64,000 nucleotides of DNA, from NCBI GenBank assembly GCA_963702205.1, contig OY969724.1, positions 3,872,001 to 3,936,000 on the forward strand, read 5' to 3'. This DNA is from an uncultured candidate division Zixibacteria bacterium (lineage in GTDB: Bacteria > Zixibacteria > MSB-5A5 > GN15 > PGXB01). This document shows, in pieces, positions 49,871 through 59,851 of the stretch. The notes under the pieces were generated by a model. That model did not search any database, was not told the origin of the DNA, and was given only the letters and a program-made list of their open reading frames with translations. Each line of letters begins with the position of its first letter. Position 1 is the first letter of the stretch. The position numbers were made by a program, and so were the translations under genes.

Positions 49871-52800
49871 ATGAGGAGCTACCTAAAGATTTGCCAGAAT
49901 ATAGGCTTGTCGCTGATTGGCATATTTTGTCTCCTTACTCCGGCGTTTTCGGCGTCATTAAGCCCTATACATGATGCCCAAACATACGCCGGACAGTCGT
50001 CCCGCCCCCGTGCTTTTACAAAGAATATGGGTCAATGGCCGGACAGCATTCTGTTCCGCGCCGACGGCGGCGGGGCAACCATGTGGTTCACCAAAAACGG
50101 TATTTACTATCAGTATTTCCGGAAAATCGAGAGCTCCGACCCCGCTTCAAAATTGGCCAACAATGATTTTCCGGACCAATTGCAACGGGAGCCTGACAGT
50201 GTCGAGACGATGATGATCAAAGCCGAGTTTGTCGGCGCCAATCCGGAAGTGGAAGTCTCGGAGCTGAACAGGCTCGAATACAACTGTAATTATTTTCTCG
50301 GAGACGATCCAGCCAGATGGCGGACAGACGTCCCCAATTATTCCGGAATAAAGATGAAAGATGTCTATCCCGGGGTGGATGTCGTCTACCAAAATCAGGA
50401 CGGGAAAATAACATTTAAAGTGGAACCCGAATCCGCGGACCATCTATCTCAGGTGCATGTCATATACAAGGACGCTTCGCAAGCTGAAATCGGCAACGAT
50501 GAAAGTTCAGCCATTCAAACGAAGTTTGGAGAAATGTCCTGTTCCGGCATTTTGATATCAAGTGGAATAAAGCCGATCATAAACGAATCACCGAGTCAAT
50601 CAGAGTCATCGACAAACTTATCTCTTGTTTATAGCACCTATCTTGGAGGATCATTTGCTGATATTGGCCTCGGTATAGCCGTCGATGCTTCAGGCAATGC
50701 TTTTATCACGGGAAACACTTCATCTGCTGATTTTCCCACCAGCGATCCATACCAACCCGGCGCTTCTAATGCTAATCTTGATGTTTACGTTACCAAGCTG
50801 AATAGCTCCGGCAACAACCTTATCTACAGTACATATCTCGGGGGATCAAGTGCAGATCGTGGCGTTGATATCGCAAACGATGTTTTAGGAAATATTTATG
50901 TGTCCGGAAATACGGGTTCCTCCGATTTTCCTACTAAGACCCCATACCAGACGGACCAGGGCGGGGCTGATATTTTCGTAACCAAATTTAATAGCGCTGG
51001 CAATAGCCTGATTTATAGCACGTATCTTGGAGGGTCAGATGATGAATCTTTAGGGTTCATTGCTGTCGATGCTGCAGGAAATGCCTATGTATCCGGTGGT
51101 TCAAATTCCACGGATTTCCCTACTCTCAACCCGTATCAGGCCGACCAGGGAGATGAGGACGCAGTTGTAACCAAATTCACCAGCGTAGGCGATCTGGTTT
51201 ACAGCACTTACCTCGGTGGCTCAGGTGCAGATCACGGTTATGGTATAGCTGTTGATGTCAATGAAAATGCGTATATAATTGGTGTGACTTTATCAACCGA
51301 TTTCCCAACTTTGAATCCCTACCAGGCAGATTTAAATAATGGGTCTCTTGATATTTTTGTAGCCAAACTCGATAGTTCGGGTAATAACCTTGACTACAGC
51401 ACCTATCTCGGAGGGAGCATTTATGAATATGGCTATGGTATCGTTGTTGATGCTTCTGGAAATGCTTATGTTAGTGGTTATACATATTCTACCGATTTCC
51501 CTACGAAAAATCCATATCAAATCGACCCGGGAGATGGAACTTATGATGCCTTTATTGCCAAACTAAATAGTTCGGGCAATAACCTGATTTACAGCACTTA
51601 TCTTGGAGGCAGTGCTGATGACCAAGCTTATGGTATTGCAATCGATGCTTCCGGAAACGCTTATGTAACTGGCAGAACTGGTTCGACTGACTACCCGACC
51701 CAAAATGAATACCAGACGGACCCCGGAGACGAAGCAGCAGATGCTTTTGTAACAAAACTGGATGATTCGGGAGGTCTTGTGTACAGCACTTATCTAGGTG
51801 GAACAGGGATTGATGTTGGCACGAGCATAGCCGTGGATGCCCCAGCAGATGTTTATATCACTGGATACACATATTCTGCGGATTTCCCTACTGCAAATCC
51901 TTTTCAAGCAGATCCAGGAGGGGGTATTGAAGACGCTTTTGTTTCCAAGCTATGTTTACCGGAACCAAATCGAATATTAAATCTGGATGATGCGGGTAGT
52001 TCCAGTTTGAGATGGGTCCTTAATAATCTTAATGCCGACCCCAATATTGATACTGTGATTTTTGACGTTTCTGGCACAATACATCTGGAGACGCCACTTC
52101 CGACTATTTCTGACGACGGTATTACAATTCTCGGTTCCACGGCTCCCGGAGGCGCGTATTCGGTCGTAATCGACGGATCAGGGTTGGCCAAAACCATAAA
52201 CAGCGGCCTGATTATTGCCAGTTCAAATAATAAAATCGAGGGATTGACTATCTCAGGGTTTGCCGGAAACGGGATAGAAGCCACCGGGGCAAATTCAACT
52301 AACAACACTATAACCAACAACCTCATCTTCAATAATGGAGGATTGGGAATCGACCTCAATGACGATGGGGTTACAATCAACGATGATGGCGATTGTGACA
52401 GTGGTCCGAATAACCTGATTAATTACCCGGAAACGGATTCTCTCATAATGGATTTTATTGGTTCATTCAGGGTTTATGGCCGGGCTGCAGAGAATGGGAT
52501 AATTGAATTCTTTGTAGCCCATCCGGCCGGTGACACGTCCAAACCGGCTGATCCCTCCGGGCATGGTGAAGCGTGGTCATACATAGGTTCGGATACAGCA
52601 GATTGTAATGGCGGCTTTGATTTTATGATTAATGATGCCATCCCATATTTTTCACTTGTAACTATGACTTGTACCGATAACATGGGCAATACCTCGGAAT
52701 TTTCCCCCAATTTCAACCTCATCCCAACCCCGCTTATTATAGTCGGATATTCACCAATCAACATTGAAGTAATCGATCCTACGGGCGACAGCATCGGCAA

Positions 52801-53293
52801 ACTTCCGGATAATACATTTTTCAACACTATCGGATTCAACGCTACGTATGATGAGACTGAACATGATTCGATCACAATAAATAATCCCATTGAGGGCAAC
52901 TATATAATAATCATTCATCCACAAGGCGACCCTCATGCGGGAGAGCTGTATTCTATCGGCGTTACCATTGACGGCTCCCAACAGGCTATCATTGTTGACG
53001 ATGTTAACGTACCTACGTCTGGTACGGCTGATACGCTTGGATATATAGTCACAGACGGTTACCATTTCATGAACGGCGATGCTTCGCGCGACGATCATGT
53101 GAACCTGATGGATATTACTTACCTTATAGCATACCTATATTATGAACCTCCGGGGCCGGCTCCATATCCATTGACTGCAGGTGATGCCAATTGTGACCAG
53201 GCCCTTAATCTGGTTGATATATTGTATCTGGTTTCATACTTGTACGATGATCCGCCTGGCCCGGAACCATGTCACTGGGAGAGCTACGAATAG
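49871..53293 (+). CDS. SBBP beta-propeller / beta-helix / dockerin secreted protein (intact paralog)
   Basis: FTKNMGQW N-domain, multiple YSTYLGG..IAVD.SGNAYV.G.T.STDFPT repeats, GSSSLR, GLGIDL and twin dockerin EF-hands. Confidence 0.9.
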   Translation: MRSYLKICQNIGLSLIGIFCLLTPAFSASLSPIHDAQTYAGQSSRPRAFTKNMGQWPDSILFRADGGGATMWFTKNGIYYQYFRKIESSDPASKLANNDFPDQLQREPDSVETMMIKAEFVGANPEVEVSELNRLEYNCNYFLGDDPARWRTDVPNYSGIKMKDVYPGVDVVYQNQDGKITFKVEPESADHLSQVHVIYKDASQAEIGNDESSAIQTKFGEMSCSGILISSGIKPIINESPSQSESSTNLSLVYSTYLGGSFADIGLGIAVDASGNAFITGNTSSADFPTSDPYQPGASNANLDVYVTKLNSSGNNLIYSTYLGGSSADRGVDIANDVLGNIYVSGNTGSSDFPTKTPYQTDQGGADIFVTKFNSAGNSLIYSTYLGGSDDESLGFIAVDAAGNAYVSGGSNSTDFPTLNPYQADQGDEDAVVTKFTSVGDLVYSTYLGGSGADHGYGIAVDVNENAYIIGVTLSTDFPTLNPYQADLNNGSLDIFVAKLDSSGNNLDYSTYLGGSIYEYGYGIVVDASGNAYVSGYTYSTDFPTKNPYQIDPGDGTYDAFIAKLNSSGNNLIYSTYLGGSADDQAYGIAIDASGNAYVTGRTGSTDYPTQNEYQTDPGDEAADAFVTKLDDSGGLVYSTYLGGTGIDVGTSIAVDAPADVYITGYTYSADFPTANPFQADPGGGIEDAFVSKLCLPEPNRILNLDDAGSSSLRWVLNNLNADPNIDTVIFDVSGTIHLETPLPTISDDGITILGSTAPGGAYSVVIDGSGLAKTINSGLIIASSNNKIEGLTISGFAGNGIEATGANSTNNTITNNLIFNNGGLGIDLNDDGVTINDDGDCDSGPNNLINYPETDSLIMDFIGSFRVYGRAAENGIIEFFVAHPAGDTSKPADPSGHGEAWSYIGSDTADCNGGFDFMINDAIPYFSLVTMTCTDNMGNTSEFSPNFNLIPTPLIIVGYSPINIEVIDPTGDSIGKLPDNTFFNTIGFNATYDETEHDSITINNPIEGNYIIIIHPQGDPHAGELYSIGVTIDGSQQAIIVDDVNVPTSGTADTLGYIVTDGYHFMNGDASRDDHVNLMDITYLIAYLYYEPPGPAPYPLTAGDANCDQALNLVDILYLVSYLYDDPPGPEPCHWESYE

Positions 53294-53338
53294 ACTATAA
53301 CGATTACCGCCATTTCCAAAATAGTCTCCGGATGAAAC

Positions 53339-53427
53339 AATGGGATACGCGCAAATACCGCGCATCCCATTGTATAACAATATGTTATAAGCTTTGCTCC
53401 CCTAACCGTGCAGAACTCAGAACCTTT
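53339..53427 (+). repeat. Terminator-like hairpin followed by att-like motif, copy 3
   Basis: AATGGGATACGCG..CGCGCATCCCATT, then GCTCCCCTAACCGTGCAGAACTCAGAACCTTT. Confidence 0.65.
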
Positions 53428-53564
53428 TCGACAATTTTAGAGATAAAATGACGGTATTATTCTCTAATATAGGGCATAATGGCACTCTTGGTTGATAGCG
53501 GCTATCTGTAAAAATGTTTAATATCAGGAACTGCTGTTTGCGAGGACCTTAATCCTGATTTTTC

Positions 53565-53687
53565 CTACGGAGTGCTCTTCTGTTGCTTGTCCTTCTTATC
53601 CTGTTTTATCTTTTCTTTTTGACGCTGTTTGTTTTCCTTCTGTTTCTGATTCTTGTCCTTACCCTTTTTCCCGCCTTTGTCTCCCAT
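53565..53687 (-). CDS. 40-aa lysine-rich small basic protein (below the ORF-track cutoff)
   Basis: AAGGAG RBS then ATG. Translates as MGDKGGKKGKDKNQKQKENKQRQKEKIKQDKKDKQQKSTP*, explaining the strong pyrimidine skew on the + strand. Confidence 0.7.
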   Translation of the reverse strand: MGDKGGKKGKDKNQKQKENKQRQKEKIKQDKKDKQQKSTP

Positions 53688-54417
53688 AGCATGTCTCCTT
53701 TCCTTCTGCTATTTATTGTCTCGCCTTGAGAGCGCAATCGCGCCATCGATTCCGGGACTTCCTAAATTCATCGCCCTGAAGACCTGGATAATATTACTTA
53801 GCTCTTTTTATAATGGCGAAGCCTGCCAAATAATAGACGTCAAAAAGTTCCTGAAGGGCAGGAATCCCGGTCTCGTTGCTACATCTCAGCGAACATTTAT
53901 TTAGTTTATGGAATAATCTAATATGGTTCAACCAAAAAATTCGTTTTCGGGAGGATTGGATATTAATAGCAGGGTCGTCTGCGCCAGATTTAGAACTCCC
54001 CGAATGACGGTTTAAAAATTAAGTAAAGTGGTACCAATGACATATTTTTGTAAATTCTACGTAGTTTATTCCAGAACGGGGTTGGAAACCAAACCCGCGG
54101 CTCACGTTGCAGCGCAGGACGTTAGGTCAAAATATAACGATAAAGTGACCATTTTTTTTATCCCAGCGAAATGCAACCAAAGAATAAATGACCCTTTGTA
54201 AAAAGAATCGTAGGTTATTGTCTAATCATCACGTATCATATGTTGATAGGATTAATTTGAGTTCGAACTTTTTCGTAGTTTTGTTCTCATATACAACTCT
54301 CCGCTAAAGCTTAATCTCGAATTTATAGTGCAATTATGCGCAATATATCAATTGTCCTGAAGAATCTGACTGCACTGGAAGCAGTTCAACTTCGGGACAA
54401 CAATTATGGGGTGTGGA

Positions 54418-54678
54418 ATGAATATCTACATCGGAAACATGTCGTTCGATACGACGGAAGATCAGATACGCCAAGCCTTCGAGGGCTATGGCGAAGTTTC
54501 AGCTGTCAGAGTTATTACCGACAGGGACAGCGGTCAACCAAAAGGGTTCGCGTTTGTCGAGATGGAGGCAAAGGATGAAGCTGTTGCTGCCATTAGCGGC
54601 CTTAATGGCCAGGATCTTAATGGACGCGAGTTAAATGTCAACGAGGCAAAACCACGTGCCCAAAGTGAGCGCGTGTAA
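54418..54678 (+). CDS. Single-domain RRM RNA-binding protein with its C-terminal tail replaced by IS256 insertion
   Basis: RNP2 IYIGNM, RNP1 KGFAFVEM and VNEAKPR. The original tail DNGNRRSH* resumes after the IS (stop 56017-56019). Confidence 0.9.
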   Translation: MNIYIGNMSFDTTEDQIRQAFEGYGEVSAVRVITDRDSGQPKGFAFVEMEAKDEAVAAISGLNGQDLNGRELNVNEAKPRAQSERV

Positions 54679-55986
54679 ATATTTTTGTGTAAGTGGCCAT
54701 GACGTATATATAGTTGAAGGAGGTATATCATGGCCAAGAAACGTGACGAAGCTGACAAACTGATCGACGAGATGATCGCCGGCAAGACGCCGGAAGAGAT
54801 AGTGGGTGAGGGCGGTCTTCTGCAGGCGCTCACGAAACGGGTGTATGAGCGCGCCCTCGCAGGTGAGATGACGCATCACTTGGGCTATCCGCCCAATGCT
54901 CCCGAAGGCAAAAACAGCGGCAACTCTCGCAACGGCAAAACCAGCAAGACGGTCAAGACCGGGTCGGCAGATGTTACGCTGGAGATTCCGCGGGACCGGA
55001 ACGGCGAGTTCGAGCCGCAGTTGGTTAAAAAGCACCAGCGGCGCCTGCCCGGTTTCGACGACAAGGTGTTGGCGCTGTACGCTCGGGGTTTGACGACGCG
55101 GGATATCCAGGGTCATCTTGAGGAGATGTACCAGTCGGAGGTTTCCCCGGCCTTGATTTCGGCGGTGACGGACGCCGTGCTTCAGGAGGTGACGGTGTGG
55201 CAGAGTCGGCCGCTGGAGGCGGTCTACCCGATCGTCTATCTGGACGCCATCCACCTGAAGCTTCGTCAGAGCGGCCAGGTCAAAAACCAGGCGGTCTATT
55301 TGGCCTTGGGGATCACGCCGGAGGGTTACAAGGAACTCTTGGGTTTGTGGGTCGGCGATCAGGAGGGTTCGAAGTTCTGGCTGTCGGTGCTGACGGAGCT
55401 TAAGAACCGGGGCGTTCGGGACATCCTGATTGCCTGTGTCGATGGTCTGACGGGGTTCCCTGATGCGATTGAGACGGCCTTTCCGCAGACCCAGGTGCAG
55501 TTATGTCTCGTGCACATGGTGCGCAACTCGCTGAAGTATGTCGGTTGGAAAGAGCGCAAGGCGGTCGCGGCCGATCTCAAGACGATCTACTCGGCGCCCA
55601 ACGAAGAAGCCGCCGAGCAGGCCCTGACGGCGTTCGAGGCCACATACCGGGACCGTTTCCCGCAGATCGCCCGCTCATGGCGGTCCTGCTGGATGAACAT
55701 CATCCCGTTTTTTAGCTACCCCAAAGAGATTCGAAAGGTTATCTATACGACCAACGCCATCGAGTCGATGAATGCTCAGTTGCGCAAGGTGACGCGGAAT
55801 CGCGGCTCGTTCCCGACGGTGGAATCAGTCAGAAAGGTGATCTACCTGGCGATACAAAGAATCTCGAAAAAATGGAAGCGTCCGATCAAGGACTGGGTGG
55901 CGGCCCTTAATCACTTCTGCATCGTCTTCGAGGGAAGGATCGAAAACACATGAACCGGCCGCTTACACAAAATTCCGTACACTCCC
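54669..55986 (+). mobile_element. IS256-family insertion sequence (1318 bp) with 8-bp target duplication
   Basis: Imperfect 25-bp terminal IRs (54669-54693 and 55962-55986). Direct repeat CAAAGTGA at 54661-54668 and 55987-55994. Confidence 0.95.
54730..55953 (+). CDS. IS256-family DDE transposase
   Basis: NSRNG, IPRDR.GEFEP, VYLDA, VDGLTG, QLCLVH and YTTNAIES motifs. Confidence 0.96.
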   Translation: MAKKRDEADKLIDEMIAGKTPEEIVGEGGLLQALTKRVYERALAGEMTHHLGYPPNAPEGKNSGNSRNGKTSKTVKTGSADVTLEIPRDRNGEFEPQLVKKHQRRLPGFDDKVLALYARGLTTRDIQGHLEEMYQSEVSPALISAVTDAVLQEVTVWQSRPLEAVYPIVYLDAIHLKLRQSGQVKNQAVYLALGITPEGYKELLGLWVGDQEGSKFWLSVLTELKNRGVRDILIACVDGLTGFPDAIETAFPQTQVQLCLVHMVRNSLKYVGWKERKAVAADLKTIYSAPNEEAAEQALTAFEATYRDRFPQIARSWRSCWMNIIPFFSYPKEIRKVIYTTNAIESMNAQLRKVTRNRGSFPTVESVRKVIYLAIQRISKKWKRPIKDWVAALNHFCIVFEGRIENT

Positions 55987-56301
55987 CAAAGTGACAACGG
56001 CAACCGCAGGTCGCACTAACGGCGAATTAATATGACCAGTGTCCATATTGACGCGGAACTGATTTCCACCGAGATTGGCTTTTGGCCAGTCTCTTTTTTA
56101 TTGTCTCCAAATGCCAGAAAACTGTCAAGAATAAGTCCGTCATACACTTATTGTGTATTCTACCATTATGTCTGTTGTATTACGGTGTATCGGCGATAAT
56201 CTCTATAATATTCGGGGAATCAAACATGAATATGCTTGCGGCTTTAAAAATGGCCCGCCAATGGTTAATTCCCGGAACAAGGGTGAGATTTCAATCCAGA
56301 A

Positions 56302-57765
56302 TCAATCCGCCAGCGGGTGCATACAATTGATTAAGTCGCTTACTCCAACGGTTGCAATGCCGGACATGACATCAGACATGCCATAGGGAATAACCAATTC
56401 GTTATTATGGATAATTGCGCCGCAGGTATAAACGACATTGGGCACATACCCTTCCCGTTCTTCCTCACGCGGTGCAAGTAACGGTTCTTCCAGGCGTGCG
56501 ATGAGTTTTTCCGGGTTTTCGAGATCAAGTAATATCGCGCCAATGCAGTACTGACGCATGGGCCCAACACCGTGCGTAAGGACGATCCACCCATAGTCGG
56601 TTTCCAGGGGTGAACCGCAGTTACCGATCTGGATAAATTCCCAGGGGAATGTCGGTTCCTGTATGATTTTGGATTCCTGCCAAAAATGAATGTTGTCCGA
56701 AAACATGATGCGATTGTTTTCGCCGTCCTGACGCGAGAGCATGACATAGCGATTATCTATCTTGCGCGGAAAAAGAGCCATGCCCTTGTCCTGCACCGCC
56801 TTGCCGTTGAGCGTCAATACGTTAAACTTGACAAAGTCCTTAGTTTCAATAAGCTGTGGGAGTATATTAAAACCGTTATATGCCGTATATGTCGCATAAT
56901 AAGTGACTTCTCCGTCGTCATCAGTGAATCGCACGAATCGGGCGTCTTCAATACCTCTGCTTTCGTTTTCAGAAACCGGAAAGATAACCCGTTCGGAAAT
57001 TTGGTGATCAGGTTGGAAACTCATCTCATAATTGGATTTGGTAAGCCAGTACATTATATCGAATGTCCTTTTTTGGAGCACCTTAGAGAAACCCGGGCGT
57101 GATGTAAGGGTTCCGATCTTTTCCCTTAATTCATTGTAGGTGAATATATTCGGCAGATTATCAAGCAGATAAGCCGTAATTTCGTTGCCGGCTCCCATCT
57201 CTTCAAGCTTCAGTCGAAAAAGATGCCGGTCGTATTCCGGATCCAGGCGGAGATCAGGCGTTTCCACAAAATCACTGATCGGATCAAAGAGAATCGTATT
57301 ATTCTGATCAAGACGGCCGCTGCGAAATACAATAGAAGAAATATGACCTTCGCCGGTTGCCCGCAAACTCATTATAAAGCGCAGGCTGCCCTTGTTAAGC
57401 CGGCTTTGATCAGGATGGGGTACGATTGAAGGGTTAAATAGAGCGGCCGATTCTATGGAGTACTCCATAGTAAAATAGGCTCCGATAAGAGCCCTTTTGG
57501 TCTCGCTGAATACGATATTTCGAGGAATATGGTCTTTTATCTTATTAAAGTGAAGCCCAAAAACACGTTTGATGTCTCGGTGCCGTTCGGAAAAATCAAG
57601 CATAATTTGTGCAAGCAGTTTTTCGGCCGTTGTGTCTGGCAAATCAACTATGCGTTGAATGATTTTGGCTACGCGATACACGCTGTCGGGCATATGAAAC
57701 CTTGCAATGACTCGTGAGCAGTCACCCAGGATTTTTTTCTTTTTACGTTTGACTTCCAAGTGCAT
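56302..57765 (-). CDS. Glycoside hydrolase family 130 protein (long form)
   Basis: EYSIESAALFNPS, RATGEGHISS, GIEDARFV, DKGMALFP, IGNCGSP and GYVPNVVYTCG motifs. Confidence 0.88.
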   Translation of the reverse strand: MHLEVKRKKKKILGDCSRVIARFHMPDSVYRVAKIIQRIVDLPDTTAEKLLAQIMLDFSERHRDIKRVFGLHFNKIKDHIPRNIVFSETKRALIGAYFTMEYSIESAALFNPSIVPHPDQSRLNKGSLRFIMSLRATGEGHISSIVFRSGRLDQNNTILFDPISDFVETPDLRLDPEYDRHLFRLKLEEMGAGNEITAYLLDNLPNIFTYNELREKIGTLTSRPGFSKVLQKRTFDIMYWLTKSNYEMSFQPDHQISERVIFPVSENESRGIEDARFVRFTDDDGEVTYYATYTAYNGFNILPQLIETKDFVKFNVLTLNGKAVQDKGMALFPRKIDNRYVMLSRQDGENNRIMFSDNIHFWQESKIIQEPTFPWEFIQIGNCGSPLETDYGWIVLTHGVGPMRQYCIGAILLDLENPEKLIARLEEPLLAPREEEREGYVPNVVYTCGAIIHNNELVIPYGMSDVMSGIATVGVSDLINCMHPLAD

Positions 57766-57833
57766 AGTATTTTATCAATTGCCGGACAAAGTTATTTAAA
57801 TATACCTGGTTAAAAATGTCCGTTTGCCCTTAT

Positions 57834-58775
57834 TTACAGCGCTGACCGGGCATTTACAAGACATAATTGTACCAGGTCATCAATCACTGCCGTGCCGACA
57901 CACATAACGGTATCGGCGCCACCCCAGTATATTTTCACTGTACCATCATCTTCAGGAACAGCTCCGCATGTAAAAACAACGTTAGGCACGTAACCGCTCA
58001 CCTCCCAGGGGGCTTCAGGTTGCAGTATCCACTGATCGGAAACACCAATGATTTTCGCCGGATCATTAAGATCGTGCAGGGCCACGCCAAGGCGATACAC
58101 CGCACCAGCCATGGTTTTAAATACTCCATGGTAAATATGCAACCAGCCCTTGTCGGTCCTGAAGGGCGGTGCACCCGGCCCGATCTTCATTTCATCCCAG
58201 TGATAAGGAACGGGCTTAATAATCACCCGGGAATCACCCCAGTGAACCAGATCGGGAGAATAGGAAATCCATATGGACCAGGGTGATATTTCGGAATGCG
58301 GCCGGTCAAGGCGCACATAACGGCCGCTGATTTTTTCGGGAAAAATGACGACGTTGCGATGGTCGGCCTGGGTTATTAGCGCGACACGTTCAACATGTTC
58401 AAAATCGATGGTACGCGCAAGGACAATCCGAACGCCATGACGCGAATACGCGCTATAAGTAAGCAGATAATCTTCCTCTACGGGACAGATTCTGAGGTCC
58501 TCAATTCCGAACTCTTCATATTCTGCAAATACGTTAACGGTTGCTGGTGTGAGAAAAGGTCTGGGATGAACCTTGAATGAAAAACCATCATCGCTTTCGG
58601 CTTTTCCAATGATGGAGCGCCCGTTATACCTGTGGGCTCGGAAAAGCATAATGTAGCGGTCGTTATGTTTGACGACGCCTGCATTGTGAACCGTGGCTAC
58701 CGGGTAGGGAACATCGTCTCTTGTGAGAATCGGGTTTCTATTATAACGATTTACAATGGAATCTTGAATAGTCAT
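57834..58775 (-). CDS. Glycoside hydrolase family 130 (beta-mannoside phosphorylase-like)
   Basis: NPIL, HNAGV, IEDLRI, RNVVIFPEKI, KIGPG and VPNVVFTCG motifs. Confidence 0.9.
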   Translation of the reverse strand: MTIQDSIVNRYNRNPILTRDDVPYPVATVHNAGVVKHNDRYIMLFRAHRYNGRSIIGKAESDDGFSFKVHPRPFLTPATVNVFAEYEEFGIEDLRICPVEEDYLLTYSAYSRHGVRIVLARTIDFEHVERVALITQADHRNVVIFPEKISGRYVRLDRPHSEISPWSIWISYSPDLVHWGDSRVIIKPVPYHWDEMKIGPGAPPFRTDKGWLHIYHGVFKTMAGAVYRLGVALHDLNDPAKIIGVSDQWILQPEAPWEVSGYVPNVVFTCGAVPEDDGTVKIYWGGADTVMCVGTAVIDDLVQLCLVNARSAL

Positions 58776-59818
58776 AGTTGGCGCCGGTGTTCCCTTTGCA
58801 TCATTTTTTCGAGAACAGATTCATAGACCTGAATATATTTTTCGACCATATGGTCGGCTGTGAAGTGCCTTTCAACGCGGCGACGGCAGCTCGCTCTCTC
58901 TATATCTCTTATATGTGCGACAGCATCCACCGCCTCATTTACTGTATTCACGAGAAAACCATTCTTGCCGTTTTCTATAATTTCGGGCATGCTGCCTTTG
59001 TTAAAAGCGATTACCGGAGTACCACAAGCCATGGATTCTATAACAGACAGGCCAAACGGCTCGTCGAAATTGATGGGATGCAGAAGAGCAGTTGCCTTAC
59101 CAAGAAGCTGGTTGCGCTGGACCGGCCCGACGCTTCCGGCATAAACAACATTCTTGTCGTCCAGATGCGGTTTGATATACCGGTGATAATAAGTATCATC
59201 CTGGATGATTCCCGCCAATATCAGTTTTTTATTGCAAGTCCTGGCAATTTCAATGGCTTCTTTGGCACCCTTGTCATGGTGGATACGTCCGAAAAAGAGC
59301 AAATAATCATCCGGTTCGGCTTCAAAATCAAACTCGCCTATATCTATACCGTGATGTATCGTCTTGATATAGTCAAGATCTGGAGATCGATCGGAGTCGC
59401 TGATGGATACATAGAACACTTTGCCGTTGTATTTCCTGTAAACCGGCAGAATCCCACGCGATGAAAAACCGTGAATGGTGGTCACAACCGGCGTAGTAAT
59501 AAGGCTGGTATAGGTCAAGGGCAGAAAGTCAAAATTGTTATGGATAATGTCAAACTCTTCAGCATGTTCAAAGAGTTCCGAGATGTGCAGACACTCCCAG
59601 ACTTTTGACATAATGGAATGATCTTCTTCATATCCTCGCTCACACACGGCATGTAGCTTACCGCTTGTTATCGAATCGCCGGTTGCAAAAAGGGTAACAT
59701 CATGGCCTTGCGATACTAACCCTTCGGTTAAAAGGGAGGCCACACTTTCCCATGGACCATAGTGTCGCGGCGGCGTTCGCCAGGCAATCGGTGAGAGCAT
59801 TGCAATGCGCATGTTCAA
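58772..59818 (-). CDS. Glycosyltransferase family 4
   Basis: TPPRHYGPWE, GRIHHDKG and EPFGLSVIESMACGTPV motifs. Confidence 0.92.
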   Translation of the reverse strand: MNMRIAMLSPIAWRTPPRHYGPWESVASLLTEGLVSQGHDVTLFATGDSITSGKLHAVCERGYEEDHSIMSKVWECLHISELFEHAEEFDIIHNNFDFLPLTYTSLITTPVVTTIHGFSSRGILPVYRKYNGKVFYVSISDSDRSPDLDYIKTIHHGIDIGEFDFEAEPDDYLLFFGRIHHDKGAKEAIEIARTCNKKLILAGIIQDDTYYHRYIKPHLDDKNVVYAGSVGPVQRNQLLGKATALLHPINFDEPFGLSVIESMACGTPVIAFNKGSMPEIIENGKNGFLVNTVNEAVDAVAHIRDIERASCRRRVERHFTADHMVEKYIQVYESVLEKMMQREHRRQL

Positions 59819-59851
59819 TCCTTTACGCTTTCCAGTTGAATGGGACGTCGG

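Noticed and set aside
43565..53293. SBBP paralogs as a diversity-generating retroelement
   Set aside because: This is a whole-gene duplication with mismatches at all bases and no RT in the window.
53653..53904. 83-aa plus-strand hydrophobic ORF
   Set aside because: It has a TTG start without RBS, and the composition is better explained by the minus-strand 40-aa gene.
54071..54127. attC-like site ending in GTTAGGT
   Set aside because: There is no complementary RYYYAAC partner (only CCAGAAC), no continuous attC hairpin, and only one instance.
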